64,000 nucleotides of DNA from a virus. Its lineage: Duplodnaviria; Caudoviricetes. Location: positions 40,090 to 104,089 of IMG/VR virus record IMGVR_UViG_3300043447_000395. One strand, given 5' to 3'. The position numbers and the translations under genes were made by a program. Below, piece after piece: positions 31,449 to 41,164 of the stretch (within the stretch, counting starts at the first letter, position 1; the number at the start of each line of letters is the position of its first letter). The notes below the pieces were generated by a model. That model was not told the origin of the DNA. It saw only the letters and a list, made by a program, of their open reading frames with translations, and did no database searches.

Positions 31449-31456
31449 TATAAATA
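31449..31456 (-). promoter_or_regulatory. Putative late promoter TATTTATA
   Basis: Recurrent octamer upstream of the 31383 gene. Confidence 0.55.
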
Positions 31457-31472
31457 CTTGTGAATATTGATT

Positions 31473-32144
31473 TTATTTTAAATCAAATAAAATAATTTCA
31501 GTTTCTGAAGTTGGGGAAATTGTGATTGTTTGTTCGTTAGTATAACTAAGACCATCACCCTCAATTAGAGGTATTTGATTGGTATTAGATGTACCTGAAA
31601 CAACGTATAGATAGTAATTTCTATTTGGATTTAATTCAAATGTAAAATCCTCTGTGAATATTCCGGCAAGTAATCTTGCGTCTTGTTTGATTGGTAATTT
31701 CTCTGTGATGTTACAGAATTTATTTAATTTATTTTCTCTTGTGAATTGATACCAATCATGTCTTGGTTCTGTGTTTAATTCGTTTGGTCTAACCCACAAT
31801 TGTAAATAACGATTTGGTTTGTCAGATGCATTCCCTTCCGTATGTTTAATACCACTACCGGCACTCATTCTTTGTACTGCACCCGCCGGAACATCAACAA
31901 CATTACCATGACTATCGGTGTGACGACATAATCCTTCAACCACATAACCAAAGATTTCCATGTTCTTATGTAAGTGTTCAGGAACATGACCACCTGGTTG
32001 TGTTCTATCGTCATTGATGGTTTCTAACTCACTGAAATTGGTATAAGTCTTATCAAGATAAGGGGGAAAGTAGAATGTACGAAAAGAGGTAATCCAATCA
32101 GCTGTCGGATTACCTCTTGTATGTGCTTGTCTATGAAATATCAT
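31473..32144 (-). CDS. Pirin family protein (YhhW-like)
   Basis: EHLHKNMEI, QRMSAGSGIKHTE (His-His-His-Glu metal ligands), LQLW. Confidence 0.9.
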   Translation of the reverse strand: MIFHRQAHTRGNPTADWITSFRTFYFPPYLDKTYTNFSELETINDDRTQPGGHVPEHLHKNMEIFGYVVEGLCRHTDSHGNVVDVPAGAVQRMSAGSGIKHTEGNASDKPNRYLQLWVRPNELNTEPRHDWYQFTRENKLNKFCNITEKLPIKQDARLLAGIFTEDFTFELNPNRNYYLYVVSGTSNTNQIPLIEGDGLSYTNEQTITISPTSETEIILFDLK

Positions 32145-32153
32145 AAAATTATA

Positions 32154-32636
32154 TTAACACCAACCACCTTTATCAATAACAGGAGTTAATAGTGTGAAAG
32201 TTGCTGGAAAATTAAATGTTCCTGTTAACGATGTACTAGCACCACCATTACTTATTAGATAATCAGTATTAGATGGGTCAACAGTTGATATATTTATTTG
32301 GTGATTATCTTGACGATACGCCACTTTAACATAACCATTTGATACTGTACTACCTGAACTCCAAGTTACGCTAAATATATAACCATGATAGTCCATTGAA
32401 AATCCTGCAGCAGTAAATGTTGCTTCTATTGATGCAAAATCACTTAAATACGCATACACACCACAACCTAAATCAGTTGATTGATTAACTGTAAATCCAC
32501 TGAAACCATTCCATTCACCTTGTGGATTATTACAAACTGGTCCACTATATTCAGCACCATTAAACATCGCAGGTGTTATTGTAAATGACGGAACATTTGT
32601 TTGTGTAAAAAATCCGTTTTGAAATAATATTCCCAT
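32154..32636 (-). CDS. Hypothetical (probable virion) protein
   Basis: Ser/Thr/Gly-rich. N-terminus MGILFQNGF resembles MSITFSNGF of the upstream gene. Confidence 0.55.
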   Translation of the reverse strand: MGILFQNGFFTQTNVPSFTITPAMFNGAEYSGPVCNNPQGEWNGFSGFTVNQSTDLGCGVYAYLSDFASIEATFTAAGFSMDYHGYIFSVTWSSGSTVSNGYVKVAYRQDNHQINISTVDPSNTDYLISNGGASTSLTGTFNFPATFTLLTPVIDKGGWC

Positions 32637-32654
32637 TTTATATTTTTTTTCTTT

Positions 32655-35600
32655 TTAACTAATTGTTATTGTTATTGTGTCACTATATGTGAATGGACTT
32701 GCAACGGTAACTGTTTGTAATGCGGTTGGGATAAGAAGGAAACCTTGAGGGTCCAAGAAAAACGCACCGCTACCACCTACGTAAGTTGCTGTATTACCAT
32801 TTTGAGTAACGTTTATTGTACCACCATTCGTTTGTAAATTTGTAAATTGTGTTGTATAGTCTGTACCTGCATTATTCTTTTTATTGAACATAACATATTG
32901 AGCAACACCATTATTTGGGTTATATGTTGATATTGGTGGTCCACCAACATTAGTATAGAATAATGCCTGACCATCCGATGATGCTGGCATTGTTACATTA
33001 CTACCCGATGCCACATAGAAATTCCATCCAGCACTTACCGCACCTGTTGAAGGTGTTGGTGTTGGTGTTGGTGCTATACCTCCTACCACAACATCAATTG
33101 AACCTCCTGACCATGTGTAAGTATATGTTCCCTCAGTTAATCCTAATGCCGATAATGATGTATTATTAAATGTTTGAGTACTTGAAATATTAGCACCTGA
33201 TGTATATCCTGATGGTACAATCAATAAATATGGTGGTGTCATATCAATCATCACACCAAACGCTTGACCAGTACCTGAACTATTTCCTAATCCAGAACCA
33301 CTTCCAAAATTACTTGGTACAGATGTGAATCCACTATATGAACTACCTGATGAACCACTAGCACCACAAACAAATGTTGCGTTGCTAATACCTAAACCTC
33401 CATTTCCAAATGGTCCAACACTAGCAGATACTAAAGTTAAACCACTAAGGTCAACTGTTCCTGATGCAGACATAACAACATTCGAACCTGAATTACTAAT
33501 TGTAACAACCATTGGTGCCGAAGTTGATAGTGTACTACTTGGTGTAGGAGTTGGGGTTGGTGTTCCAGTGTTGGTTGGTGTTACTGTATTTGTTGGGGTT
33601 ACTGTAGGGGTTACCGTATTTGTTGGTGTTACTGTAGGTGTAGGGGTTGCAGTTGGACTTACTGGTGCGTTTGTTATAGCCTCAATAAATGCAGTATCTC
33701 CTGTAACAGTTACACCTATATTATTTGCACCTTGTACTAATGGTGCAACTCCAGTACCAACGAAACTAAAGAAGTCACCATCAACACATATAATATTATA
33801 TTCTCGTCCTTTAACTACATTAACAGTTGTTGATGTGGTATATAGAGTACCATTAAAGGTAATACCTGATATTTCTGGTATAACACTAATTTCCAACGGA
33901 ACAATGTATTGTGTCGATGGTGTTACTGTAGGTGTTGGGGTTGTTGTTGGTGTATTTGTTGGAGTTGATGTAGGTGTTGATGTTGGTGTTGGGTTTACAC
34001 AACTAGGTACATCAAAAATCATATTGTTTATAATTTCTACAACTGTAAAACCATCATTACTATCATTAAGAACATAATATCCATCAGTTAGTGATACGGT
34101 TGTATTTGAGTTGTTGCTAGAATAAACCGTGTCAAGCACAGTTGGCGTTTGGTTATTTACATAAACAAAAGGTCCCATAGTAATACTACAACTATAGCTA
34201 GATAAACACTCAACAGCTTGACATGCTAATGATAAATCATAACCAAATGTACCTGTTACAGTTGTTTCGTGGGCAATTTGAAATTGATATGGATGAAGTA
34301 CTGATGTTGCTGACGGTGTAGGTGTCGGTGTTTCAGTATTTGTTGGTGTAGGTGTCGGTGTTTCAGTATTTGTTGGTGTAGGGGTTGGGGTAGGAGTTGA
34401 ACCTGCAAATCCATAACCTTCTTTAGAACTGTTAAAATCAGTTAAAATATCATCAGTTGACCTACAGTTATCATAAACTTTAAGTGAACCAAGAACTAAC
34501 CCTACGTTACTGTTAGTATAGAAATCTTTTGAAATATTCACCGTACCATTAGGGATACTAAGATTGTTGTTAGCTCCTGAGTTACTTGCTCCAACTATCT
34601 CACCATTAACCATATAAGTTAATGATGTTCCTCCTTGCGCAACAACAAGATGATACCAAGTATCATTTTGGAATTGAGAATTTAAATAAACGGTTTGATC
34701 CGAAACGTTATATTTAACAAAATTTAATGCGGTTCCGCTATTATCAATTCTAAATGCCCATCCACCATTATTATTACCACCAGCAGCCAATAATGACATA
34801 TTACTAGGTATTGATGGTATTTTAACCCACATTTCAATTGTGAACGAGTTTACAATTTGATTGTATTGGGTTGTTGATATTGCCGAAGCATAACTACCAC
34901 CACCTGTGAATGTATAACCTGTTACACCATTAGTCCAAGGATTTGAACCTGTGTAAGTGAAGTCATTATTGAATGGTGATAAATCTATTAAGTTGTTACT
35001 TGCATTAATACCTGTAGTATAATCTAACCAAGTAATTAATCCATTAGGACCATCTGTACCGTTAGGTGAAAATTGTGTCAATGGAACCGAACTTGGTGTA
35101 GGGGTTGGTGTAGGGGTTGGTGTTGGTGTTACTCCACCAGGTGCCGCAACGTTACTATTTGATGTTGCAGGTGTAGTTGTAGTCCAAGGACTTGATAAAT
35201 TACATCCCTCCCAACTTGAAATAATAACTATTTGATCATCAAATTCATTATTATAAATTATCGTAACATCTCCAGTAACTTGATCATTTGAGTTATTAAC
35301 CGCATACCATATTTCAGCTTGTTGACCACAGTTACTATTAGGGTCTAAATATTTTTTTCTTAATGTCCATGTTAATCCTAAACCATTAATACTTGTGATA
35401 CTACGTGGGACACCTGTGTTTCCACCACTCTCCACTCCCGAAGCAATTACAATTACCGTGTTCGCAGCAGCAGTGAAGTTAAATTGTGAATTGTATGTTG
35501 TTGACGCTTCGAAACTATCGTAGTTTTGTAATGTGGGTGACGAAGTATCTCCAACCAATGCATCACCAATTACTGTGATTCCTCTGGAATCATCATCAAA

Positions 35601-35903
35601 AGCATCAAAAGAAGCGTCCCCCTCAACTGCTAAATTAGTTTGTGGTGTTGTAAATTGTTTGTATGAAAGATATCCATATTGCCAATATTGAGCACCTCCA
35701 TTTTGACGATTGGTTACAGGGGTCCAGTCAACAGCATAACCTGGTGAATCGTCAAAACTAAAAGGTATAGCAGCAAAAACAATACCTGTGGTATTGCTTT
35801 CGGCAACTGACATATTTAATTTCCAAGTTCCTACACCATATGGGTTTGTTCCACCTCCACCTGAGGTACCCATACCAAAACCATTACTAAAAGTTATCGA
35901 CAT
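32655..35903 (-). CDS. Multidomain adhesin-like virion protein with LamG domain and Pro-Thr linkers
   Basis: FTIEMWVK...WYHLVV...YMVNG LamG core, several (TP)n linkers; 30-bp tandem duplication at 34321-34380. Confidence 0.7.
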   Translation of the reverse strand: MSITFSNGFGMGTSGGGGTNPYGVGTWKLNMSVAESNTTGIVFAAIPFSFDDSPGYAVDWTPVTNRQNGGAQYWQYGYLSYKQFTTPQTNLAVEGDASFDAFDDDSRGITVIGDALVGDTSSPTLQNYDSFEASTTYNSQFNFTAAANTVIVIASGVESGGNTGVPRSITSINGLGLTWTLRKKYLDPNSNCGQQAEIWYAVNNSNDQVTGDVTIIYNNEFDDQIVIISSWEGCNLSSPWTTTTPATSNSNVAAPGGVTPTPTPTPTPTPSSVPLTQFSPNGTDGPNGLITWLDYTTGINASNNLIDLSPFNNDFTYTGSNPWTNGVTGYTFTGGGSYASAISTTQYNQIVNSFTIEMWVKIPSIPSNMSLLAAGGNNNGGWAFRIDNSGTALNFVKYNVSDQTVYLNSQFQNDTWYHLVVAQGGTSLTYMVNGEIVGASNSGANNNLSIPNGTVNISKDFYTNSNVGLVLGSLKVYDNCRSTDDILTDFNSSKEGYGFAGSTPTPTPTPTNTETPTPTPTNTETPTPTPSATSVLHPYQFQIAHETTVTGTFGYDLSLACQAVECLSSYSCSITMGPFVYVNNQTPTVLDTVYSSNNSNTTVSLTDGYYVLNDSNDGFTVVEIINNMIFDVPSCVNPTPTSTPTSTPTNTPTTTPTPTVTPSTQYIVPLEISVIPEISGITFNGTLYTTSTTVNVVKGREYNIICVDGDFFSFVGTGVAPLVQGANNIGVTVTGDTAFIEAITNAPVSPTATPTPTVTPTNTVTPTVTPTNTVTPTNTGTPTPTPTPSSTLSTSAPMVVTISNSGSNVVMSASGTVDLSGLTLVSASVGPFGNGGLGISNATFVCGASGSSGSSYSGFTSVPSNFGSGSGLGNSSGTGQAFGVMIDMTPPYLLIVPSGYTSGANISSTQTFNNTSLSALGLTEGTYTYTWSGGSIDVVVGGIAPTPTPTPSTGAVSAGWNFYVASGSNVTMPASSDGQALFYTNVGGPPISTYNPNNGVAQYVMFNKKNNAGTDYTTQFTNLQTNGGTINVTQNGNTATYVGGSGAFFLDPQGFLLIPTALQTVTVASPFTYSDTITITIS

Positions 35904-35915
35904 TTTATATTTTTT

Positions 35916-35941
35916 AAAAAGGGGAGACTTGCCCCCCCCTT
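35916..35941 (-). terminator. Intrinsic terminator
   Basis: Minus strand GGGGGG-CAAGT-CTCCCC (one G-U pair) followed by TTTTT, after the 35952 gene stop. Confidence 0.7.
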
Positions 35942-35951
35942 AATTTATTTT

Positions 35952-38900
35952 TTAATATGTTCCTCCGTCAATTAGACTTGAGAACTCTAACAGTCCTGTT
36001 AGTTCATTGTATCCTAACAATCTATCAGTTACGTTTCCTGTATCTGTTGTACCAACAAATCCTAACACATTTGAATCGTTTCTAAATACGATGTATGATG
36101 AGTATTCACCATTATCTGTTGAACCAACTCCTTCAATTGTGAAGTTTCCGTTAATTAACATGTTACCATTATCAGAATCTACGGTAAATTTATTAGTATT
36201 TAAAGCCAATGTTGTATCTAAATACGTTAATAAACTATCAGAGATATGGTCATCACCAGTTGCAATTGGGAAGTGACCTACCGATAATGTAGTCTCATCA
36301 CCTAAAGAACCTGTGTTTAATGGGCCTGAAATCAAACGAGCTGAAGCCACAGAACCTAAATGATCAGGATGTGAGTAAATCCAAACGTTGTTTGTTGAAT
36401 CCCAAAGTAATGAACCTGTAACACCCGCATTTGAACCTGAATCATAAACCGCTAAACCTGCAAATCTTTCGAAAGGTGCGTATGTGTTTAAGTTGATAAT
36501 GTTTGTTCCGATGTCAACTTGAGAAGCTGAGATGTGAACAACACTACCTGAACCTAAGATTGATAAGTTTCCTGACACATATAAATCATTATGAATGTGT
36601 GTAGGTCCGTAAGTATCGAATGAACCAGAGATTGAAATACTACCAGTAATTCCAACCTGAACATTTTCAAAACTTAAATTACCTAAATTATCTAAACTAA
36701 CTTTATGAGTTAATTCAGAAGATACGTCGTAGGTTTCTAAACTAATACCTGATTGTTGTACTTTTAATCTGTTAGTACCGTTTTCACTATTGTCAGCGTA
36801 AATCTCAACATAATCAGAATTATCACTATGAATATAAACGTTACCATCAGCACCTAAATCTAAATTTCCACCATCAAAACCATATATGTAGTTTGTATAT
36901 AATGTATTACCATCATTAAAATACATGCTATTTGATGTGTAAACACTACTACCAAATCTAATACTACCACAATCATTGAATATAACTAATTGATCATCAT
37001 TTGTATCATAATAGATGTCACCACATTGACCGTTGAAATAAACGTGACCCTCATTCATTTCAATATGAGAACCGTTGTCTAATGTTAAGTTACTGTTGTT
37101 CGCAACTAAAGATGAGTTAAATAAACCTGAACCGTCCGATACTATTAATGAACCTGTGATTGTCGCTCCACTTGATAAGTTCGCAAAACTACCAGTAAAT
37201 CCACCTGGTATTGTTAAATTACCATCAACGTCAAATGACATTGTTTTTGATGAACCGTTATAATCTGTTACTAACTCAATAGGATCAGTCGAACTGTAGT
37301 TTCTTAATGCGAACGTATCATTAGCATATAATCTAAGATCATCACCAGCAGTTATAGTTACATCGTTGTCAGCTTCAAAAGTCATATCGCTACTTGAGCT
37401 CATGTAGATGTCATTACCATCATGTGTATATAACTCGAATGAACCCGATGTGTTTATATTTACATCATTGTTTGTGTTCATTGTAAATCCATTAGATTCA
37501 CTATATGTAAATCCTGAATAATCAACCAATGAACCTGAAGCTCCTACTGTTACAACTCTTCCTTCTGTTAAACCATCGAACGCAATTGAGTTCAATGAAA
37601 TATTTGTAAAGTGTGCATTTTCAGCCCAAACATTATTCCATGTTTGACCTGAACTACCTAAATCAAATGATGAACCTGTTTGAGGTAAGATAGAAGAACT
37701 AACTTCACCATTGAAGTTAATTGTGTCTCCTGTGTAATCACCTAAGTTGATACTACCACTGAATACAATGTCACCTGTTACTCTTAATGAACCTGTCACA
37801 TTAACAGTTCCACCTTCAGCCCATAATGAAATGTCACCAGCAGATGCTAATTCAACATATGGAGCACCGTCGGCACCATTACCGTTTAATGCCAAATAAT
37901 TCCATTGTTCTGTAGTTCCTCTTAAGTAATCCGTTTGAACATCACCACCATCTTGAACAATTAAGTTTGAACCACTTGTCAATAACATGTTACTGTTCTG
38001 AGCAACTAAACCACTGTCAAATGTTGCTGAACCATTGGATACTACTAAAGCACCTGTTACTGAAGTATTACCATTTATATTTAATGATGAACTTACAAAT
38101 ACTCCGTTTACACCAACAAGTGAAACAGTTTGTAAAGAATCGTCAATTTTTAAGTAATTGGTGTCATCACCAAAGAAACTATATCCACCACTTGCTTTAA
38201 TGTGTGTATCACCTAAACCAGTGTTATATATTTCAAAATATCTAACATCTCCTTGGTCAGGTTGTAAATAAAGTGAACCAGTACCTTCGATTTTTGTTGC
38301 AAATAATGAACCTGTTAATTCAACATCACCATTAATATATAATTTGTTTCCGGCACCATTTAATGCGTAAACATCACCAGTAGTCGCATCGGTGTTTAAG
38401 TTTACTACTCCACCATCATATGATGCAACATTTGTATTTCCACCACCTTCAGCCCATAACCAAAGGTTTCCGCCACCATCCGCAGTAACATCCAAACTAT
38501 TTTGGTCTGAATATATTCCAACGTATCCATCACTATTAGCAGTAAGGTAACTACCATTACCACCAGACATTTGAACACCGTTTGTTGAATCTTGAAGGTA
38601 TAATTTACCGTCGTTGTAGATTTCAGACCCTGTGTTGTCACCAACATATATTGTTCCCGTTACATAAAGATTGTCTGTTGTTGAAATTTTTGTATTAACT
38701 TGTAATCCAAAATCAGGTGAAATAGATGCAGTTGCACTACCACTAACAATTCTTGATAAATCAAGGTTTGTTACTCCTGACGCTGGAATGTTTGTCAAAC
38801 CACTCGCATCTCCAACAAACGAACCTGTAAAAAACGACGCAGTTACGTTAGTTGATTGTAAGTCATTAATTGTTACACCTGAGATAGTATTACCTTCGAT

Positions 38901-39218
38901 GTTACCCGTTAAATCAATCTGACTATTTCCAACGTTACTGTTGTTCAATATGTAGAGGGATTTGTTAGAACTAGCATAGAATGGAGTACCATCTAAAGTT
39001 GTGCCGTAAGTTGATGCTACTAAGTTAGGAGCCTCACTACCAGCATAAAGTTTTGAAGCTGGTGAGTATAATCCTGAACCTTCATCTGTACCAATAAAAA
39101 CGAAAGGACCATTTAAATTACCGACTGAACCAGTCGCCATGATCAATTCACCTTTACGTGATGTTGAGTTTTTTACGGAATCTATCGAACCTCTTCTGTG
39201 TTTGATAATTTGTGCCAT
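35952..39218 (-). CDS. Long tail fibre-like protein
   Basis: N-terminal MAQIIKHRRGS..GEL, beta-repeat body, modules shared with other fibres (GSF.GD.SGL.NIPASGV; GSLLWDS.NN.WIY), C-terminal IDGGTY. Confidence 0.7.
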   Translation of the reverse strand: MAQIIKHRRGSIDSVKNSTSRKGELIMATGSVGNLNGPFVFIGTDEGSGLYSPASKLYAGSEAPNLVASTYGTTLDGTPFYASSNKSLYILNNSNVGNSQIDLTGNIEGNTISGVTINDLQSTNVTASFFTGSFVGDASGLTNIPASGVTNLDLSRIVSGSATASISPDFGLQVNTKISTTDNLYVTGTIYVGDNTGSEIYNDGKLYLQDSTNGVQMSGGNGSYLTANSDGYVGIYSDQNSLDVTADGGGNLWLWAEGGGNTNVASYDGGVVNLNTDATTGDVYALNGAGNKLYINGDVELTGSLFATKIEGTGSLYLQPDQGDVRYFEIYNTGLGDTHIKASGGYSFFGDDTNYLKIDDSLQTVSLVGVNGVFVSSSLNINGNTSVTGALVVSNGSATFDSGLVAQNSNMLLTSGSNLIVQDGGDVQTDYLRGTTEQWNYLALNGNGADGAPYVELASAGDISLWAEGGTVNVTGSLRVTGDIVFSGSINLGDYTGDTINFNGEVSSSILPQTGSSFDLGSSGQTWNNVWAENAHFTNISLNSIAFDGLTEGRVVTVGASGSLVDYSGFTYSESNGFTMNTNNDVNINTSGSFELYTHDGNDIYMSSSSDMTFEADNDVTITAGDDLRLYANDTFALRNYSSTDPIELVTDYNGSSKTMSFDVDGNLTIPGGFTGSFANLSSGATITGSLIVSDGSGLFNSSLVANNSNLTLDNGSHIEMNEGHVYFNGQCGDIYYDTNDDQLVIFNDCGSIRFGSSVYTSNSMYFNDGNTLYTNYIYGFDGGNLDLGADGNVYIHSDNSDYVEIYADNSENGTNRLKVQQSGISLETYDVSSELTHKVSLDNLGNLSFENVQVGITGSISISGSFDTYGPTHIHNDLYVSGNLSILGSGSVVHISASQVDIGTNIINLNTYAPFERFAGLAVYDSGSNAGVTGSLLWDSTNNVWIYSHPDHLGSVASARLISGPLNTGSLGDETTLSVGHFPIATGDDHISDSLLTYLDTTLALNTNKFTVDSDNGNMLINGNFTIEGVGSTDNGEYSSYIVFRNDSNVLGFVGTTDTGNVTDRLLGYNELTGLLEFSSLIDGGTY

Positions 39219-39240
39219 ATTTCTTTTTGTTTGTGTTTGT

Positions 39241-39248
39241 TATAAATA
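39241..39248 (-). promoter_or_regulatory. Putative late promoter TATTTATA
   Basis: Recurrent octamer, 22 nt upstream of ATG 39218. Confidence 0.55.
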
Positions 39249-39290
39249 TCTTGACTTTTTTCTATCTCAATATCTTATCATTTATTTTTT

Positions 39291-41114
39291 TTAAAAAAAT
39301 CCGTCTCCACAGTCAATTATCGTAAATGTCGACATATTACTTCTATCACCTAACGTACCTAAATTTTGTATGGTCATTGATGCCGACTTGATTTGTTGTC
39401 CAATCTGATTTTTTAATATACTCATTGCTCCTGATATGATTAATGAATCTGCATCAATATCATTCATTTGAACCAATGTTGTAGTACCTTCAACTCTTAG
39501 GTCACCTTTGATGACCATAGAACCGGTTGTATATATTGAACCTGTGAAATTGTGTGTGTCGTCTTGTGTATCACCGAATGATGTTGAACCACTCGCATAT
39601 TGAGTGGTCATATTTGTCACCGATGATGAAATGATTAACTGTTTTGCGGTAATAGTACCATCAACAGTTAAATTGTTTGAGATGAAAGCCGAACCTGTAA
39701 CATTTAAATTACTACCATCGAAAGACATGTTGCTTTCAACTGTGGCATATGGTTTAACACCATTTAATGTTATAATACCATTATCTGTATCACCTGAAAG
39801 TGTTAGAGAACCTGGTATACCGATTGGTGTAATTGTAAATAAATCACCATCATTTGGGTCTATTCCGTTTGATGTTAATTGTACTACTGTAAATTTCTCA
39901 AATCCGAATTCGTACGGAGTTACTTGAGTAATTTGTAAAAACTTGTATGTTGTTGCGTCGTTAAGATTAACAACTTTTAAAACTGTACCTACTTGGATTG
40001 AATCTAAATAAGCCCCAATTGATGCTCCGTTCAAATCCTCAGGTCTATCGTTAATTACTATTTCGGTTGGCGAACTACCCCATGAACCTGCGTTCATTGC
40101 AAAGTAGTTATTACCCGGATTTACCGATGTATCTGTTGTTGCCTTAAATTTCCATTTTGCAAAGTGACCTTCTTGTCCTGATGTACCTGATGTACCACTG
40201 GTACCCGCAGTTCCTGATGAACCACTTGTTCCACTTGAACCGTCACTACCTGATGTACCATCGATACCTGATGTACCTGATGTACCACTAGAACCGTCAC
40301 TACCTGAAGTACCGCTAGAACCTGACGTTCCACTTTCACCTGATGTTCCTGAAGTTCCATCACTACCTGATGTACCACTTGTACCGCTAGTACCACTAGA
40401 ACCATCACTACCTGACGTTCCACTTTCACCTGAAGAACCACTCGTACCACTAGTACCTGTACTTCCCGATGAACCACTTGTTCCTGATGAACCATCACTA
40501 CCTGATGTACCACTAGAACCTGACGTACCTGATAATCCTGAAGACCCACTTGTTCCTGATGAACCGCTCGTACCTGATGAACCATCACCACCAGCAGCAC
40601 CACCTAAGTTAACTTCCCAAAAGGAACGACTATTAGAACCTACTACATTTGTTACATAAACACTAAGTGCACCTGTTAGATCATCATATGTTATTACATC
40701 ACCATCAATATAATTTGTTCTATTGAACGCAATTAATATTTTATGAGCAACAATGTATGATAAACCAATACCAACGTTTAATGATATCGTTTGTCCACTT
40801 GTTAATGTTGATAAATTAAATGTGTCGGATGATTCAGTTTTAAATCTGTCTCCACTATTTCCACTCGAACCAGACGTTCCACTTGAACCTGACGCACCTG
40901 AAGTACCGCTAGTTCCTGAAGATCCTGCGGGTCCCATTCCACCACCCCCTGTACCACCAGTGGCAATCAAATCGGATAAACTTGTACCTGATAGGTACAA
41001 ATTGTTCGCGTAGACCGCTTCAAGTGGGGTTTCTGGTGAACCTAAATTGATAATTGAGCCCGAAGGAACGTTTTCGGTATCAACTTGGGTCCAATTAATT
41101 TTTTGTAAAGCCAT
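39291..41114 (-). CDS. Collagen-like fibre protein
   Basis: G-x-y tracts; modules DNGIITLNG...ATVESNMSFDGSNLNVTGS and SGSTSFGD.QDD.H.FTGS shared with the other fibres. Confidence 0.7.
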   Translation of the reverse strand: MALQKINWTQVDTENVPSGSIINLGSPETPLEAVYANNLYLSGTSLSDLIATGGTGGGGMGPAGSSGTSGTSGASGSSGTSGSSGNSGDRFKTESSDTFNLSTLTSGQTISLNVGIGLSYIVAHKILIAFNRTNYIDGDVITYDDLTGALSVYVTNVVGSNSRSFWEVNLGGAAGGDGSSGTSGSSGTSGSSGLSGTSGSSGTSGSDGSSGTSGSSGSTGTSGTSGSSGESGTSGSDGSSGTSGTSGTSGSDGTSGTSGESGTSGSSGTSGSDGSSGTSGTSGIDGTSGSDGSSGTSGSSGTAGTSGTSGTSGQEGHFAKWKFKATTDTSVNPGNNYFAMNAGSWGSSPTEIVINDRPEDLNGASIGAYLDSIQVGTVLKVVNLNDATTYKFLQITQVTPYEFGFEKFTVVQLTSNGIDPNDGDLFTITPIGIPGSLTLSGDTDNGIITLNGVKPYATVESNMSFDGSNLNVTGSAFISNNLTVDGTITAKQLIISSSVTNMTTQYASGSTSFGDTQDDTHNFTGSIYTTGSMVIKGDLRVEGTTTLVQMNDIDADSLIISGAMSILKNQIGQQIKSASMTIQNLGTLGDRSNMSTFTIIDCGDGFF

Positions 41115-41141
41115 GTAAAAGTAAAGTCTTTTACATAAATA
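41113..41141 (-). promoter_or_regulatory. TATTTATG box overlapping a 9-bp hairpin that covers the start codon
   Basis: Minus strand TATTT-ATGTAAAAG-ACTTTA-CTTTTACAT-G. Confidence 0.5.
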
Positions 41142-41164
41142 CTTTTATTTCGATATATTACATT

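Noticed and set aside
33325-34077. 250-aa + strand ORF with VGV repeats
   Set aside because: Antisense shadow of the Pro-Thr linkers of 32655-35903
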